The notes below the pieces were generated by a model. It was not told the origin of the DNA and made no database searches. It was given only the letters and a program-made list of their open reading frames with translations. 64,000 nucleotides of DNA from Monocercomonoides exilis PA203 (taxonomy: Eukaryota > Protista > Preaxostyla): the NCBI GenBank assembly GCA_001643675.2, contig LSRY02000016.1:1550001-1614000 (forward strand), given 5' to 3'. Position 1 is the first letter of the stretch. Each line of letters begins with the position of its first letter. Below, piece after piece: positions 47,250 through 60,497 of this stretch. A program made the position numbers and the translations under genes.

Positions 47250-48260
47250 GAAATCGCTCAAATAAGAAATTTATCGTTCTCTCCCTTCTTTCACTTCTTC
47301 TCATTTTGTTTTATTCCTGCAACAATCCTCTTCCAAAGCTGCTTTCATTCCCTTTCTTTTCCGATTCTCTGGTCGCCTCTCTCACCAAGCACAGCCGCTC
47401 TGCAACGGTCTCTTCCAAATATTTTTCATTGAATCATCTGTTCACAAAAAATATCCTCAATTAAGCAAACAATGCCAAGCTCAGCGTGGCCGAGGCGCTT
47501 CTGATGACGTCTCGTTCAATGCCATCATTTTGAAGAAACCTAAATTAATCAACACAAAATAATAAAAAAAATATTGCAATCATCAATTATGAAACAAGTG
47601 AAATCATACATTCTATTTATCAGCGTCACACAACCTCAATACAGTCCTTTCCGCTTTTTGACGTTTATTCAAGCTATTTTTCAACAAATTGCAAAGTCAA
47701 TCATGCGATGAAAAACATCATTCGAAAAGGACAATCAGTGATTTTTCATCCTTCTCTTCTTCATCAACAATCATCTTTCCTAATTTTCAACGCAGTGAAG
47801 GATTGATAAAACGACAGATCCTTATTCCATTCATCTCTTTGCAACAGTCCAGATGCTTCAACAGCCACATAGAGTTTTTCATTGTCGTTTTTCCTTTCTT
47901 CATTCGTTATTATTCATTTTCGTTTTGTCAAGCATTTCAGGTATCAGAACAAACATATATTGTTCTTATTCTTCCATTTTGCCTTCCGCCCCATGCATTT
48001 CTTCCATTTTCAGTTTTTGTTCTTTCTCGTCGTGCGCCATCACATTTATCTATTCTTCAAAATTTATCAAGAAAGAAAGAGAGACAGAGAGAAATCATCC
48101 CAATCATCACAAATTCAAGGGAAACAATGCTCCCAAACCGGTGAGTGCTTTCAATGCGCCCTTCTCCCGCATTTTTGCAAATCCACAGAAACACAGAAAC
48201 CATCCCGAATTTCCCATTCTCATTCAACAAGAACATCCTTCAAAGGAGGAAACAACAAAA
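47250..48260 (-). pseudogene. Decayed fragment of an unidentified intron-containing gene
   Basis: Minus-strand GTATGA...TAATTTAG intron at about 47541-47609 flanked by coding-like sequence with stops. Confidence 0.3.
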
Positions 48261-48499
48261 AAATAGAAAACACAAAATAGTCACAAAAATATAAGAATTC
48301 GCATCATCAAACCGAATAATGACATTTTTAGCAAGATATTTCACAGAAAAAACTATGATTTAACTTTTCAAGTTTATTGTTATGGATGAATTGATCGAGT
48401 GGTTTTCTTTGAACGAAATTAACCATTGGAAAGATGATAGATCGGCAAACGAATATTTTCTGTAGGATAGGCGATATTATTTTGAGAGGTAGCACGAGA

Positions 48500-49190
48500 T
48501 AGCGAAGAAGGGGAATTGATTTTGGAATTGAGAAAGATGATTTTTTATGACAAGCATCATTGAAGGAAATGCACTTTCCAAAAATTTCATTTGAAAATTA
48601 TTATGTATGCATTTTTTGTTGTACTTGTTCATTTTAAAGATGTTCCCATCTTTGACCTTCTCAGAGTCCAGGAATCTGATAAATTATATAAATGGCCATT
48701 CCTTTGCTTTTCTGAAGAGATCATAAGAAGAGAGCTATGCAGAGAGACAATCAGCAGATGTGAATTGCAGATTTTTTGTATTCAATTGGGAGAGGGGATG
48801 AAAACAAATTCAATTTCAAAGCATTTTGATGAGAGCGAAATGGAATGACAACAATTGGACAGTTATTGGAAAGAATAAAATTCGGATATATTTTTTTCAG
48901 GAAAAAAAGTGGATGACTACAACTGAAACAGGATATTTATTGGGGAAAAAGGATGATGGAGAAAGGAGCACAGGGAAACAATGGAAAAGGAGAATGGCAG
49001 CATCAGTGATTGGACAATTTTCTGCATTTGCAATAGGGAGGGTGTATGTGTTCTTTTGAGGAATTTTTATAATCAATGCAAAACTAATTATTTTTATGTA
49101 TTTTAAAATCATTTTCCCATTCCAGACAACAGCTTTTATTTCATCGAGGGTCATTTAAAGAAGAAAAACCATTTCATGTTGCATTTTTGA
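48500..49190 (+). pseudogene. Family X 5' exon/intron fragment
   Basis: Inverted homologue of 34340-35030; intron GT..ACTAAT..TTCCAG ending near 49125. Confidence 0.55.
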
Positions 49191-50010
49191 GGATTATATT
49201 GTTTCTTCTTCTTCTCCTTCATCTGCATCTTCTCGCCCCTCCAGCACCGGCAGCGCAATCGCAGCTGGAGACAGAACCGTATCCTCCATCCTCAGCCCCT
49301 CCACCAACAGCCTTCTTCCCCACGATCTCCCCACTTTACACACTTCGATCACTCGCTTCATCACTTCGTTGTCCAGCTTCACCACCACACGCCTCGACGC
49401 TGCGATCGCGACACCAGCCGCGCTATCGCAAACGGAAGCAGCGACGGGTCAAACAGATCGTAGATCGACGGGAATGCATTCACATCTGCCGCTGCAAAGA
49501 TCCGCTTGCTTCCCGACTTCGTGCCCACCGACGCTGCAAGCGACGGAAGCGGTGCCACCAGCGGAACCGAAAGCATCGCTGAAAGCGCCACATCGTATGC
49601 ACACACAACACCCCCATACAGCACCGCCCGCCGAGCCACAACATATCCCTGCAGTGTCTGCAGCGCCCGCGGCGACAGCAGCATGTGCCGCCCATACACC
49701 CCAGCTGCCTCTGGCACCACAATCCGCAGCCGCCTCTCGATATCGTCCATCGCTCCTACCGACGTGTATGACGCAGCCGCAGCCGAAGCGTCCGAAGGGT
49801 CAATCGCAAGTGCTGATGATGGCTTATCATCTCCTGCCACCTTCTTCTCTTCCCTTTTTCGCTTTGAAAACTGCTAAGTTGAGGATACTTAGCTCTGGAT
49901 GAGGCATATGAGGCAGATGAAAACATGAAAAGAAGGGAACACTGCTTAGACGCTTTTGAAACAAGAATCAAATAGAGATTCGAGGTAATTTCAAAAAGTT
50001 GGACCAATTA
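49190..50010 (-). pseudogene. Family Y fragment (best-preserved, GC-rich copy)
   Basis: ORFs 49379-49840 and 49194-49388 joined by a frameshift; homologous to 31200-32040 and 1-450. Confidence 0.6.
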
Positions 50011-50552
50011 TCTTCATTTAGGCATTCACAGCTTTCGTATCAGAAAGTTTTAAACAGCTAGGAATGTTATTTATTTTAAAATGAAGAAGCATTGAAGAGA
50101 AGTCTTTGAATATTAAATGAGCAGAATGGAGGAAATAAAAATTTGAAAGAAAAATCCACCTCGAATTCTGTTATAATTGATTGGAAAACAAAAAATAGAA
50201 AAGCAGAATGTTTGTATGTGACTCTTTTAATTATTTGCATTTGTTATTTCCTTAATATAATTGGTTATTCGGATTTGTTAATAACAGCTTTTGTGGGTAT
50301 TCTTTTTTAACATGTCAGTTGATTATTTTAGTATTTTTCGTCAAACAATTCACCAAAGATCATAAATCAACATCAAAGCTCTTTATTTATATTCCTTTTT
50401 TCATCACTTTAACATTGATATTTGACAAAATGTTTGAAAAAAAAAACATTATAAAAAATCAGCTCAAAAGAATAAAGCCAATAATCAGTCCAAAACTCGA
50501 AACAGCAATAGCAAACGATGCCAATGTCAACCAGAATGTTTCACATGAACTG

Positions 50553-53500
50553 TTAAGGACGGATAAACACAGGCAAAGAAAGCGGAGCCAGCCCTGAAGG
50601 AGTTTTGTGCTTCAAATAGAGTGAAGAGTCGAAGCTGAAAGGCGGCTGGAGCTCAGAAACACGAGGCGTTGGAAGGGAAGATGGAGGCAGCTGTGTGGCT
50701 GTGGAAGGGCTGCTGGAATATTGGCTGCTGAAACCCTGCGATTGAGATAAAGTGGCTGGAGAATGTTGATAAGAAGAAGAAGAAGATGATGATGATGAAG
50801 GAGAATGACTTGTATTTTCACTTGTTTCATGCGAAGACTCCGAAAGAGTCGAGCGAAATGCATCCAGCGTCTGGTAAATTGGCACATTTTGAGAGAAAAT
50901 GGAAGAAGAAGATGTTTCAATCAGCTCAAAAAACGAAGGATCTGGTTGGTTTACACTCTCCCCCAGCATTCCCATCGGCTTCTCTGCCACTTGCCAATTG
51001 TCATTGAACGCACTTTTTGTTGTATAATTGTCATATCCATCTTCTATTTCTCCATCTTCTCCTTCGTCCTCTTCTTCATTATCCTTCTTTTCACACTGCC
51101 CCAGCAGCACCCACAGCAGGTCCATCGCCTCGCACATCACACTCCGATATCTCCCTCTCTTCAGAATCTGCGCCACCGCCTCTATGCTCGCTGCCTCTTC
51201 AATCACCCCCGCAGCTTCCTTCCCCAGTAGCCACATATTCCTCAGTGCTCTCAGCGCGTGGCACAAGGTGTAGTGTGTGCCTGCTTGTGCGATGTGACAG
51301 AGAGCGAAGGCACACCTCGGCCGGAGGAGGGTGCATGCCTGGGAGGAGGTGCCTGCACCGATGTTGCAGGCGAGGAGCGCTGCCTCGTGGCGCAGACAGG
51401 ACGAGGAGGAGGACAAGTGCGAGGCGAAGACGTCGAAGAAAGAGGGCTGCAGCAGCAGACGCTGGATGTCTTCGTCGCTGCCACACGAGAAGTTCACAAA
51501 GAAGCGGAACGCCATCACTCGCAGAACAGACACAGAATCACTTTGAATGAAGGGGATGATCATTTCATATGAAATATCATTCAGATTATTATTATTAATA
51601 TTCATAGGATTTGTTGATGAAAGTTCAAAAATAAATATTTAAATAAATAAATAGAACAAATAAAGAGAGAAAGAGAAATAAAATAGAAGGATAAGACAAA
51701 CCTCATCAATTCCACAACCAGCCCAAGGAGCACAGGATCGATGAAGAACTTGTTATTATTCGGATTCTCGTTAATGTTGGCGAGTATTTGCAGACAGCAC
51801 TCGATGACTGCCTTTTCTGTGGGCAGCTCGTCGCTCTTCATTCCTTCATTCTCCATCTTCTGCTCTCTTCTTCTCATCCTCTCTTCTTCTTCTTCTTCTT
51901 CTTTCTCTTTCTCTTCTCTTCTCTTTTTCAATCATCTCACGCAAATTCCTCTTTTCTTCAATTTTCATCTGAACTTCTTCATTCGCTTTCACAAGCACAA
52001 ACATCCTTTTCTTCTTCTTCAACAAAATCACCAATCCAATTTGCATCTACCAATCCATTCAATCCAATAGCTTCATCATCTTATTCATCATCTTCTCCAT
52101 CTTCATCTTCTTCTTCTTCTTCCTTCTCCACCACACATCTCTCCACTCAGCCCTTCTTCTCATCATCCCCAGCCACTGCCACCACATCCCATCTCCTTCA
52201 GCTTCTGGCAGTGCTGACGCTTTCTTCTCAGTCTGACCAGCTCTTCTTCGACTCAACTATGTTTGTGAAGGACGTGCTGAGGGAGATGCGGATGAGGAGA
52301 GTGCCGAAGTGGATGATGTGTTGGAGGATGAAAGAGGAAGAAGGAAGAAGGAGAAGGAAAAAGATAAAATGAAGGAGAAGGAGAAGGAGTAGAAGGAGAA
52401 GAAGGAGAAGAAAAAGAAATATTTGGTATCCTCAAAAAAAGACAAAGACGAAGACGAATATGAAAAAGATGATGATGATGATGAAAAGGAAGAAGATAAA
52501 GGAATTGGAAATGGTGGCATTTCATTGCAGAGAATGTGAGATCTTTAACACACAGAATACGGAAACAATGCAGCAGTAGCGATTGCGATATGTATCGCAC
52601 ATGCTCCCCAGCTGCTTCAAGTGTCGCAGTCCTCATCCACTGCCCGACATCATCCGTTTCAAATGCTGACTCTTTTGATGTCGCCACCTCCGACACATAA
52701 GAAGGGTTGATTGGAGGCGCTGATTATGAAGAAGGTGATGACTGTTCATCTTCTGCTGCCTTCCTTTCTTCGCGTCTCGGTCGCCTGAATGGTGAATAAG
52801 ACTGGAAAGATACTCCAAATGAGGTTGATAGCACAGATGAAGACTCAGAGAGAAGAAAATGATGAAATCGAGCGATTAGATGACTGATGTTCATTGATGG
52901 CCATGAAACGCTGATTGAGGTACCCCCATCATACCTACAGGAAGCTCCACCCGTAGCATGTAAATTCTTCATTTAGTCATTGCAAATGATTGAATTTTTA
53001 ACAGAGAGACTTGAAGGCTTCTTTCTATCAGTGCGCCCAACAGAAGAACAGAGATTGAACATACTGAAATGGATGTGAATAGTTGTTATTGTGAATTCTG
53101 AGAATGTCATTGTTATAAAGATCTCAAAAGTTGAACAACTCGAGAGATCAAATGTGCTCTTGGAGAAGATAGCATTGCTGCCAATGAAACATTTTGACAG
53201 AATCAGATGAGAAATGACGGGGGAAATGTGTTTTTCTTCTAATGACTGCTCTGTTCATTGTCAAAAACAGAAAGGAAGGATCAAAGAGTAATTAAAAAGA
53301 GATTTCCATCATTTTCGTCTGCCATTGGGATATGATGCGGCAGTCATTGAAGTCCAACGAAAAGTTTCTGGTTTGATCCAAGAAAAAAAAAGTGTATGTA
53401 AAAGGAAGTGTTCGGACAAAGAATCAGAATGTCTTTCGCTCTCTTCATTCCTATGGCACAGCATATGAATTCTCTGATTATTTCTTCTGAATTTTTTTGA

Positions 53501-53900
53501 AAATTGAAGAAAAGCGTAATTTGTTTGCTTTCTTCAATAATGCTGCTCATAAATGACTTGTTTGTGATATTTCTCATCTGATCGTAATTCAATCGAAATC
53601 AAATGTCTTTTTTATGTGAATAGAGATTGTTTAACCCCAAACAATAATCACGTTGTCATTCATAATCACTTTTCCACCAATCATTTGCCTTGCCATCCTT
53701 GACGTTGGAGATGGCCTTCAAGCATTTCCATTTTTCATAAATATATTGATGAAATCGTTTTGTAATTTCCTTCTTCTGTTGGACTGATTTTTGCTTTGTA
53801 TTGCAATTCTTTTTGATTTTTTGTTTAATAATTCCTTTCTCTTAAAGAATTGCATTCGCCTGATTCATTATATTCTTCTTTGATACTCCTTTAAAACATC
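50553..53900 (-). pseudogene. Divergent importin-alpha-like ARM-repeat gene; 3' ORF open, 5' part decayed
   Basis: AFRFFVNFSCGSDEDIQRLL..LRHEAALLACNIGAGTSSQACTLL resembles the late importin-alpha ARM repeats (ALRxVGNIVTG..IRKEAxWxxSNIxAG..Q). Intron donor at 51701 has no obvious acceptor; stops upstream. Confidence 0.6.
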
Positions 53901-54218
53901 GGGAAAAAAGCTCAACTCTGAAATCTGTAGAAATCCGATTCATGAAACTTAAAGCTCAAAATTTTAAATTTACTAAAAATCATTATTTTATGCTGGTTTG
54001 ATCAAAGAGATACAAATCATTTGTCTTTCTGCATTTTCCAGCCGAGTTCTTTGGCTTTGGAGAATATTCTATTTCTTTCAGTTTGTTTATAAAGGAAAGA
54101 AATTGTATTGAAATTGTAAGTGTTAATTTTGCAAGATAATCAGGCATGTTTGTGTTTTTCGATTGTTTATTTTACACAAAGTTTTGCACTCAATGGTAAC
54201 TATTTTTCAACAAACAGA

Positions 54219-55677
54219 ATGACATTGCGCATCGATGATAAGCATTTCGATGAGATTCAAGAGTTTCCCACAACAGAATAGTTTTTGGGTTTGTGTATTT
54301 CAAATTGTCTCAAAATCGCACAGCTTCACGTTTTTTATTGATGAAATTGAAGATATTTTTTCTGAGCTTGAACACTGCACTGAATGTGTACAGAAGCAGA
54401 AAATCAAAGAAATGAACGAAGCGATGGAAGAGATGAATGAAGATGAATTCTTATCTATTTTTGCGAAAGAGTTATTCGACAAAATTCACAAAATAATTGA
54501 AGAAGGCAAACTATCGATTGGAAACATCATTCCTCTGCTGAAGCATATTGGATATTGTGAAGCACTGAAAAGAATTTGGATCAGGGGTTTTGAAGAATCT
54601 TCGTTGAACAAAAGATTTGAGAGGATGATCATTGATGAAAATGAGAAGAAAAAAGATGAAAGGAACGTGAATTTTCAAGTTGATCTTAGTGAATGCTATC
54701 TTTTATTTCACAAAACTTTTTCAAAAGAACTATTATCGATTTGCATTCCATGTGTACTGAATGTTACTTCAAACAGAGATGAAGATGAGGAGATACAAAA
54801 AAAAGTGGAAATGGCTTTTCTGGCTTTGAGTCGCATTGATGAAATTTATGTATGAACAATTTTTTTTTGAAATAATTGATTTTTTTCTTCTCTTTTTTTA
54901 CAAGATATTGGATAAAGAACTGTATTTGGGTGCTATCAAAGAGATCATCCAATATCATCAGGAGCATCATAATCTCACTCGCCTTGCCTATCAGTCTGCT
55001 TGGCTGTTTTTAATAAACCGATTATTCACAGACAAACGTTTGGAAGATATGATTGTGAATGAACTGCATTTTGGAAGAGAGGCATCAAGAGAGCTGGAAG
55101 AGCTTTCAAAGTGTGTGGATTGGAAAAGAGAGAAAGCAGAGGAAGAAGAGGAAAGAGAAAAAGAAAGGAGGGAGGAGCATGTTATCTGGAGGTGGCAAGA
55201 TGCAATATACGATTTCTTATACTCGTGCAGGTTGTGGAATGAAGAACTTGTTGGACTTATCAACAGCTTTGCTCAGATGCTTAGAGCATCAAGACATAAT
55301 TACCCAGACGCAAGCCATCTTTGCATTTGTTCATTAAGAAGAGCAGTTGAAAATGAATGTGTGAAAATTGATACTTTTGCAAGGGAAGGAATCATAGTTC
55401 TGTTTTGGAGGAAATGAAACAACATTCTTTGAAAGATGATATTATGTTGAATCTCTTGGAATTCTTTTTGAGTATTTCAAGAAGATCTGATGAAAAGACA
55501 GATGGAGAAACAGACGAAACTGAACGAAAAGAGTTGAAAAGAAAGACATTTGAAAAGATGGAAGAAGAAGGATGCGAAGAACTCATCACAAGCCTTTATA
55601 GAGTAATTTCTTTTCTTAACAGAAAATATTGGTATTGTTTATCAACGAATATTTCTGGTTATTTTGTGGGTGTTTAA
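54219..55677 (+). pseudogene. Member of a highly expanded Monocercomonoides-type hypothetical helical protein family; frameshift near 55400
   Basis: Motifs FSELEHC, LLKHIGYC, KVEMAFLALS, IIQYHQEHHNLTRLAYQSAW, NELHFGREA. A 55-nt intron (54850-54904, GT..AG) joins two ORFs in frame. Paralogue at 62790-63270. Confidence 0.75.
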
Positions 55678-55781
55678 CCAAATTCTTTTCATTTGATTTT
55701 GCTCCTCAAAAATGTTTTTATCTTTTTCATTTTTTCACAAGAAGGGAGGTGTGGGGAGGGGGGGGGGGTTTGAAATGTGTA

Positions 55782-55786
<5 letters not shown>

Positions 55787-55830
<44 letters not shown>
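55787..55830. repeat. poly(dT) tract preceded by a G-run
   Basis: About 44 T; G-rich run at 55744-55768. Confidence 0.95.
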
Positions 55831-56169
55831 CGCGCGGAGCCAGGTCGATAAAATGAAGTGACGCAATACACCAATAATTATAAAAGATCGAAACATTTTG
55901 TGCAAGATCAAAATTAATTATTCGAAATCGAAAAAAAGTGTATTCGGCATAAGCATAGAATAAGTATACCAATATTTTTGATTCTTTCAATCATTTTCAC
56001 AATCTATTGCTTATTAGGTTTAAGAACATTGTGTTCTCTGTCTGCGCTTTGCATCCTCGGGACAAAATAAAAAATATTATTTTTTCTTTAAATCACATAA
56101 AAAATAGTGTTTGATCACAAAATTTTTTGGATTAAAGATTTGATATCTTGGAAAAATCATTCAAAAATG

Positions 56170-57290
56170 AATGCTATGCACTGTATAAGACATTTTCATC
56201 TGAAGAATCATCTTGGAAATGGATACTACAATATTTATCAAAAGTATTTGTAGTTCACCAATACTGCAAAAAAGTCTAATATATCTGTAAAGGAAGGGGA
56301 TATTCAAGAATACTGAAGTGCCCAAAGTGCAAGAAAAGTGTTTCCTGCTTTAAAAATACAACTCTGGAGTCTTCAAAATTGCCTATTTCCACTGTGATGA
56401 TGATTCTTTTGATGTTTTGGCTTGAAATCAAAGATTGGCAAATTGGCATGATGTTAAATGTGTCTCAAATGACTTTTGTGTAATGGACAAGTGTAGCAAG
56501 GTCGACAGCGTTAAATTACTTAAATTACAGAAATGAAAAAATTGGAGGGGTTGATAAAATAGAGGATATTGATGAAGCCGCATGGAGTAGACGGAAATAC
56601 AAAAAAGATTTTTACATCGACTATTAATTTTGAAAACATTAATATTAATTCATTTGCCTTGAATAAAACCATTTTTTGAATTAGGAAAGCTGAAAAAATA
56701 GATGTGGATATTTGAAGCGGTCGATCGAAAAGGTGAAGAAGAATTGGGGAAAATTTTTGTGGTCATTGTGCCTAATCGGAAAAAAGAGACACTAATCCCA
56801 ATAATAAAAAATTGAATTAAAGAAGGAACATCAATGATCAGCTACGAGTGGAAAGCTTTCACTTGCTTACAAAAAATGGGACACACCAACCAAACCGTCT
56901 GCCACAAACGTTATTACGTTGATCCAGTTTCAAAAGCCAATACGAACACTATTGAAGGAATGTGTGCACATTTGCGATCTTTTTTCCAAGATATGGAGTG
57001 AGTGAGTGGTTTATTCCTGGAATGCTTGCGACATTCATTGTGAAAAGATCAGGTTAAATTTCCTACGGAGAATTCATAGAAAAAGTTATCAATTTTCAAT
57101 CTGATGATAAATTTGAATTGGAAATTGACGATGATGAAGTTGGTGAAAACGAAGAAATTCCTGATATGAATGACGTTTTTGGAATTAGAGATGAAGAAGA
57201 TACTGAAGAATAACTTAAAAAATCAGAAAGCGAGGATTCAGATCATTTTGGAGCTGGAACAGGAGAAGATTCTTCGGAATTTGAATCATT
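56170..57290 (+). mobile_element. Near full-length Merlin/IS1595 transposase pseudogene with one intron (missed by the ORF track)
   Basis: Manual translation: LKCPKCKKSVSCFKNT..SKLP..EKIGGVDKIEDIDEAAWSRRKYKKG|KLKK*MWIFEAVDR..VPNRKKETLIPIIK..ISYEWKAF..TVCHKRYYVDP..NTNTIEGMCAHLR, then an acidic tail. Confidence 0.9.
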
Positions 57291-58133
57291 AATAACATTT
57301 TTATTTGAATTTTTTTTGGAAAAAATTTTTGATTTTTTTTCACGCACATCACTTTTCGCAAGATGGTTCGCACTGAATATTAACAGAATCATCAAATGGA
57401 ACTTCCGTTCTTATTATTTAGTGAAAATTTTTCGTACGCATTTTGTATGCTTATGCCGTGTATTCATTCAAAATGAAAATTCCAGTGAAAACTTCTGAAT
57501 CTTATTCAAATATCCTTATTTCAATTGATCTAACCCACCAGTCTTTTCTAAGGTTTTTGATAAATTGTATTTTTTTGATATTGATTGTTGTTTTTGTATT
57601 AGGGTTAGCATTCAAAAAAACATTTGTTGGGACTTTATTAAGCTGCAGGGTTTGCATGGGATATTTCTTTTTTGGGTTTTGACAGAAATATCAGGTTTTT
57701 ATTTTCAATTTTTTATTAGGGTTAGGGTCAACAATAAAAGAAAAAATGAAAATAGAACCCTGAGGGAGAGTGTTAGTGGTCTTATGGTTTGTTGCGTTCC
57801 GACCATAGTGCTAGTGTCTGGATTCAATTTCTGCTAGACTCTATTTATTTTTAAGAAATTTTTTCACCGCATTTTTTGAACCAGCTCTCTTGAATCTTTC
57901 CAAATTCAAAAATAATTTTAAAATTAATATTGAAAATGAAATGAGTGCATTCAAAGATTTTAATTATCATTCATCTGAAACTGCTGTTTTTTTAATGATT
58001 TTAAATGATATTTATTGGTATCTTTCTTATGAAGAAGATTGAAAATGAATAATCTTATAAGTTTCAAATAAAATAAATGACATTTTTAACAACTCGTATT
58101 GAATAAATGAGATTTATATAAATATTTATTGAA

Positions 58134-58359
<226 letters not shown>

Positions 58360-58779
58360 TATCGAATTTTCAATGAAATTCACAAATTCTTGTAATTAAC
58401 TGTCATTTATTCAACAAAATCAGTATTAGAATTTTGAAATTTTTAGTATATCCCATTTGAGCAATTGCGAACCATAAATCCCTGATTAAACATAAAAAAG
58501 TTATTTATTTTTAAAAACGTCAAATTGCACAGATCAATTACAAAAAGAATAACAACTAATGTGAATTTGGTGATAATATTTTTAATCAAATTCTTTTTAA
58601 CAAAAATTTCAGTTTGAATATTCGTGTTCAACTGTTTGAAAAAAATACTTGAAAAAACTTACTCATTTAACAAATGGCATTTGGCGGTGATTTTTTTTCC
58701 CAAAATATTTTATAAACTGATAATGATCTATTTTGATCAAATATCCGCTTCTGACCGTTAATAATTCTATTGTTCAAGA

Positions 58780-60170
58780 AATACAACGATTTCAAAAATA
58801 TCATTAGAACAAAAACTTCAATACGTAAAACTTACGTTTGAAGTTAGAAACGCCAATTCATTGTTAGAAAGAATTATAGCTGCTCCTGATGCTTATCTAC
58901 AGAAGGTTTGTTTGAAATCAGTAGTGTTAAACATTACGACCCAAAAAATGATTAGCGCTGTCAGATGTTATTGCGCCAGACAAACTTGGAAAGAAATGGA
59001 AATTCACACAAGGGATTGTTTGCTTAACTTCGATGGCGAAGAAAATATGCTGAATAATGTTCATGTAAAATATCAACAACATGATGGAATAACAACACAA
59101 GAATTAAGTGAAATAGTTTTTTCGGAAATGCAAAGGCAAAATCTGAAATCATTAAGGATATCTCTGCACTCTTAACTTTGTCCTGCTATCAAGCATTTTG
59201 ATAAACAACTTGTGCCACCTTCTCCTGCATATGTGTCCATATTCATTTCGAAGCACAAGCTGAAAGTTCTCTCTCCCTCTAATTTTACTCCAGCCAAATA
59301 AATTCAGCATTCATGTCAAACATCAGAGCATGGTTCAATTTTGAGTTCAACAAGGATATCAAGCCATCTATCAACAAATTAAAAATATTTAACGCAGACG
59401 AATGGAACGCTGATTTTTGCTATTTCGAAATTAATTGTGCCAGCCAAAGCCAAAAGAGCATTTGCTTCCACAGAAGATTACTCAAATAATCATAAATCAA
59501 TAATGACCACCATTGGACCATCTTGCATAGCGCCTCCACCATTTATCTTCATTTCTGTCTTGAAAACGATTCATCCTGAACTTTTGGAGTACAAAAAAGC
59601 AGGTTCATGCGAAATCCACGTCAATGCATCTGAATGAATAGACAAAAATGCTTTCTACTGTTATGCTGTTCATTTTTGCTCATGGGTAACAATTTGCAGG
59701 TCGCTTGGAATTATTCCACACAATTCTCCAGTTTTTTTAATTTTTGATGACCATCCATCTCGTCTTTGCTCTTTTGCGTTGGTTTTATTTGCAAAGGATT
59801 TAATATTCGTTTTCACTCTGCCTGGTGATTTGACTCACATAATGCAACCTTTTGATATTGGAATTGCTTGTACTCTTCGAAACGCATTCTGAAAGCTGAT
59901 AAGGAGAAGAAAAATTAAATGGGTGGACGAGCACAACGATGGACGAAAAATGAAAGCCGCTGAAAGAATAAAAATAATCTTTGCGTGTGTTATTGAAGCA
60001 GAAAGAACTGCAACATCATTTCTGATCAAGGAGAACGCATTCAGGACAACAGGATTGTTCCCTGTCAATCCAGAAATCTTAATTTTAAATCCGTATGTTT
60101 CTGATGATACAGAAGACCCTAAGTATCCAGAAGGGATTTGGACAAGAGAATTTGAAGAATCTTTTTAATG
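58780..60170 (+). mobile_element. pogo/Fot-like (DDE_1, DD35D) transposase pseudogene
   Basis: IFNADE..APPPFIF..FLIFDDHPSR..TLPGDLTHIMQPFDIG..AFRTTGLFP; 35 residues between the second and third Asp; stops and frameshifts. Confidence 0.88.
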
Positions 60171-60240
60171 GTTTACAAGTCCAAGTTTTGTTTTTGCACT
60201 ACAAAAAAGAGAAATTGAAAAAAGAATAAAATAAATAAAT

Positions 60241-60497
60241 GGGAGATTATTTTTGAAATCATAACTTTATTTGGGAGTGCTGTTTTTTCAAAGGTTGTTA
60301 GTCTTTGGAAAGAAGTTTAGTATTCATATGCAAAATTCATCCCAGTTGTTTCTTAAACCAATATCTTTGCAAAAATGAAGATGAAGATGTCTTCAATATG
60401 CCATTTCATCTTTCAGTGTTAATTTGTTATTGTTCAATGAAATTCTTTTATTCGAAAATTTTGAAAGAAAAATTATGATTTAAAAAAATAATCAGCC
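60241..60497. mobile_element. 257-bp MITE, diverged free copy
   Basis: GGGAGATTATTTTTGAAATCATA ... TATGATTTAAAAAAATAATCAGCC; aligns end to end with 24331-24587. Confidence 0.7.

Noticed and set aside
55831-57375. TIRs for the Merlin transposase remnant
   Set aside because: Only weak similarity between GCGGAGCCAGGTCG and the inverse of GATGGTTCGC, no TSD, and no match to the GGCAAG family.
57599-57727. TTAGGG telomere-like repeats
   Set aside because: At most two adjacent units; too short to call an interstitial telomere.
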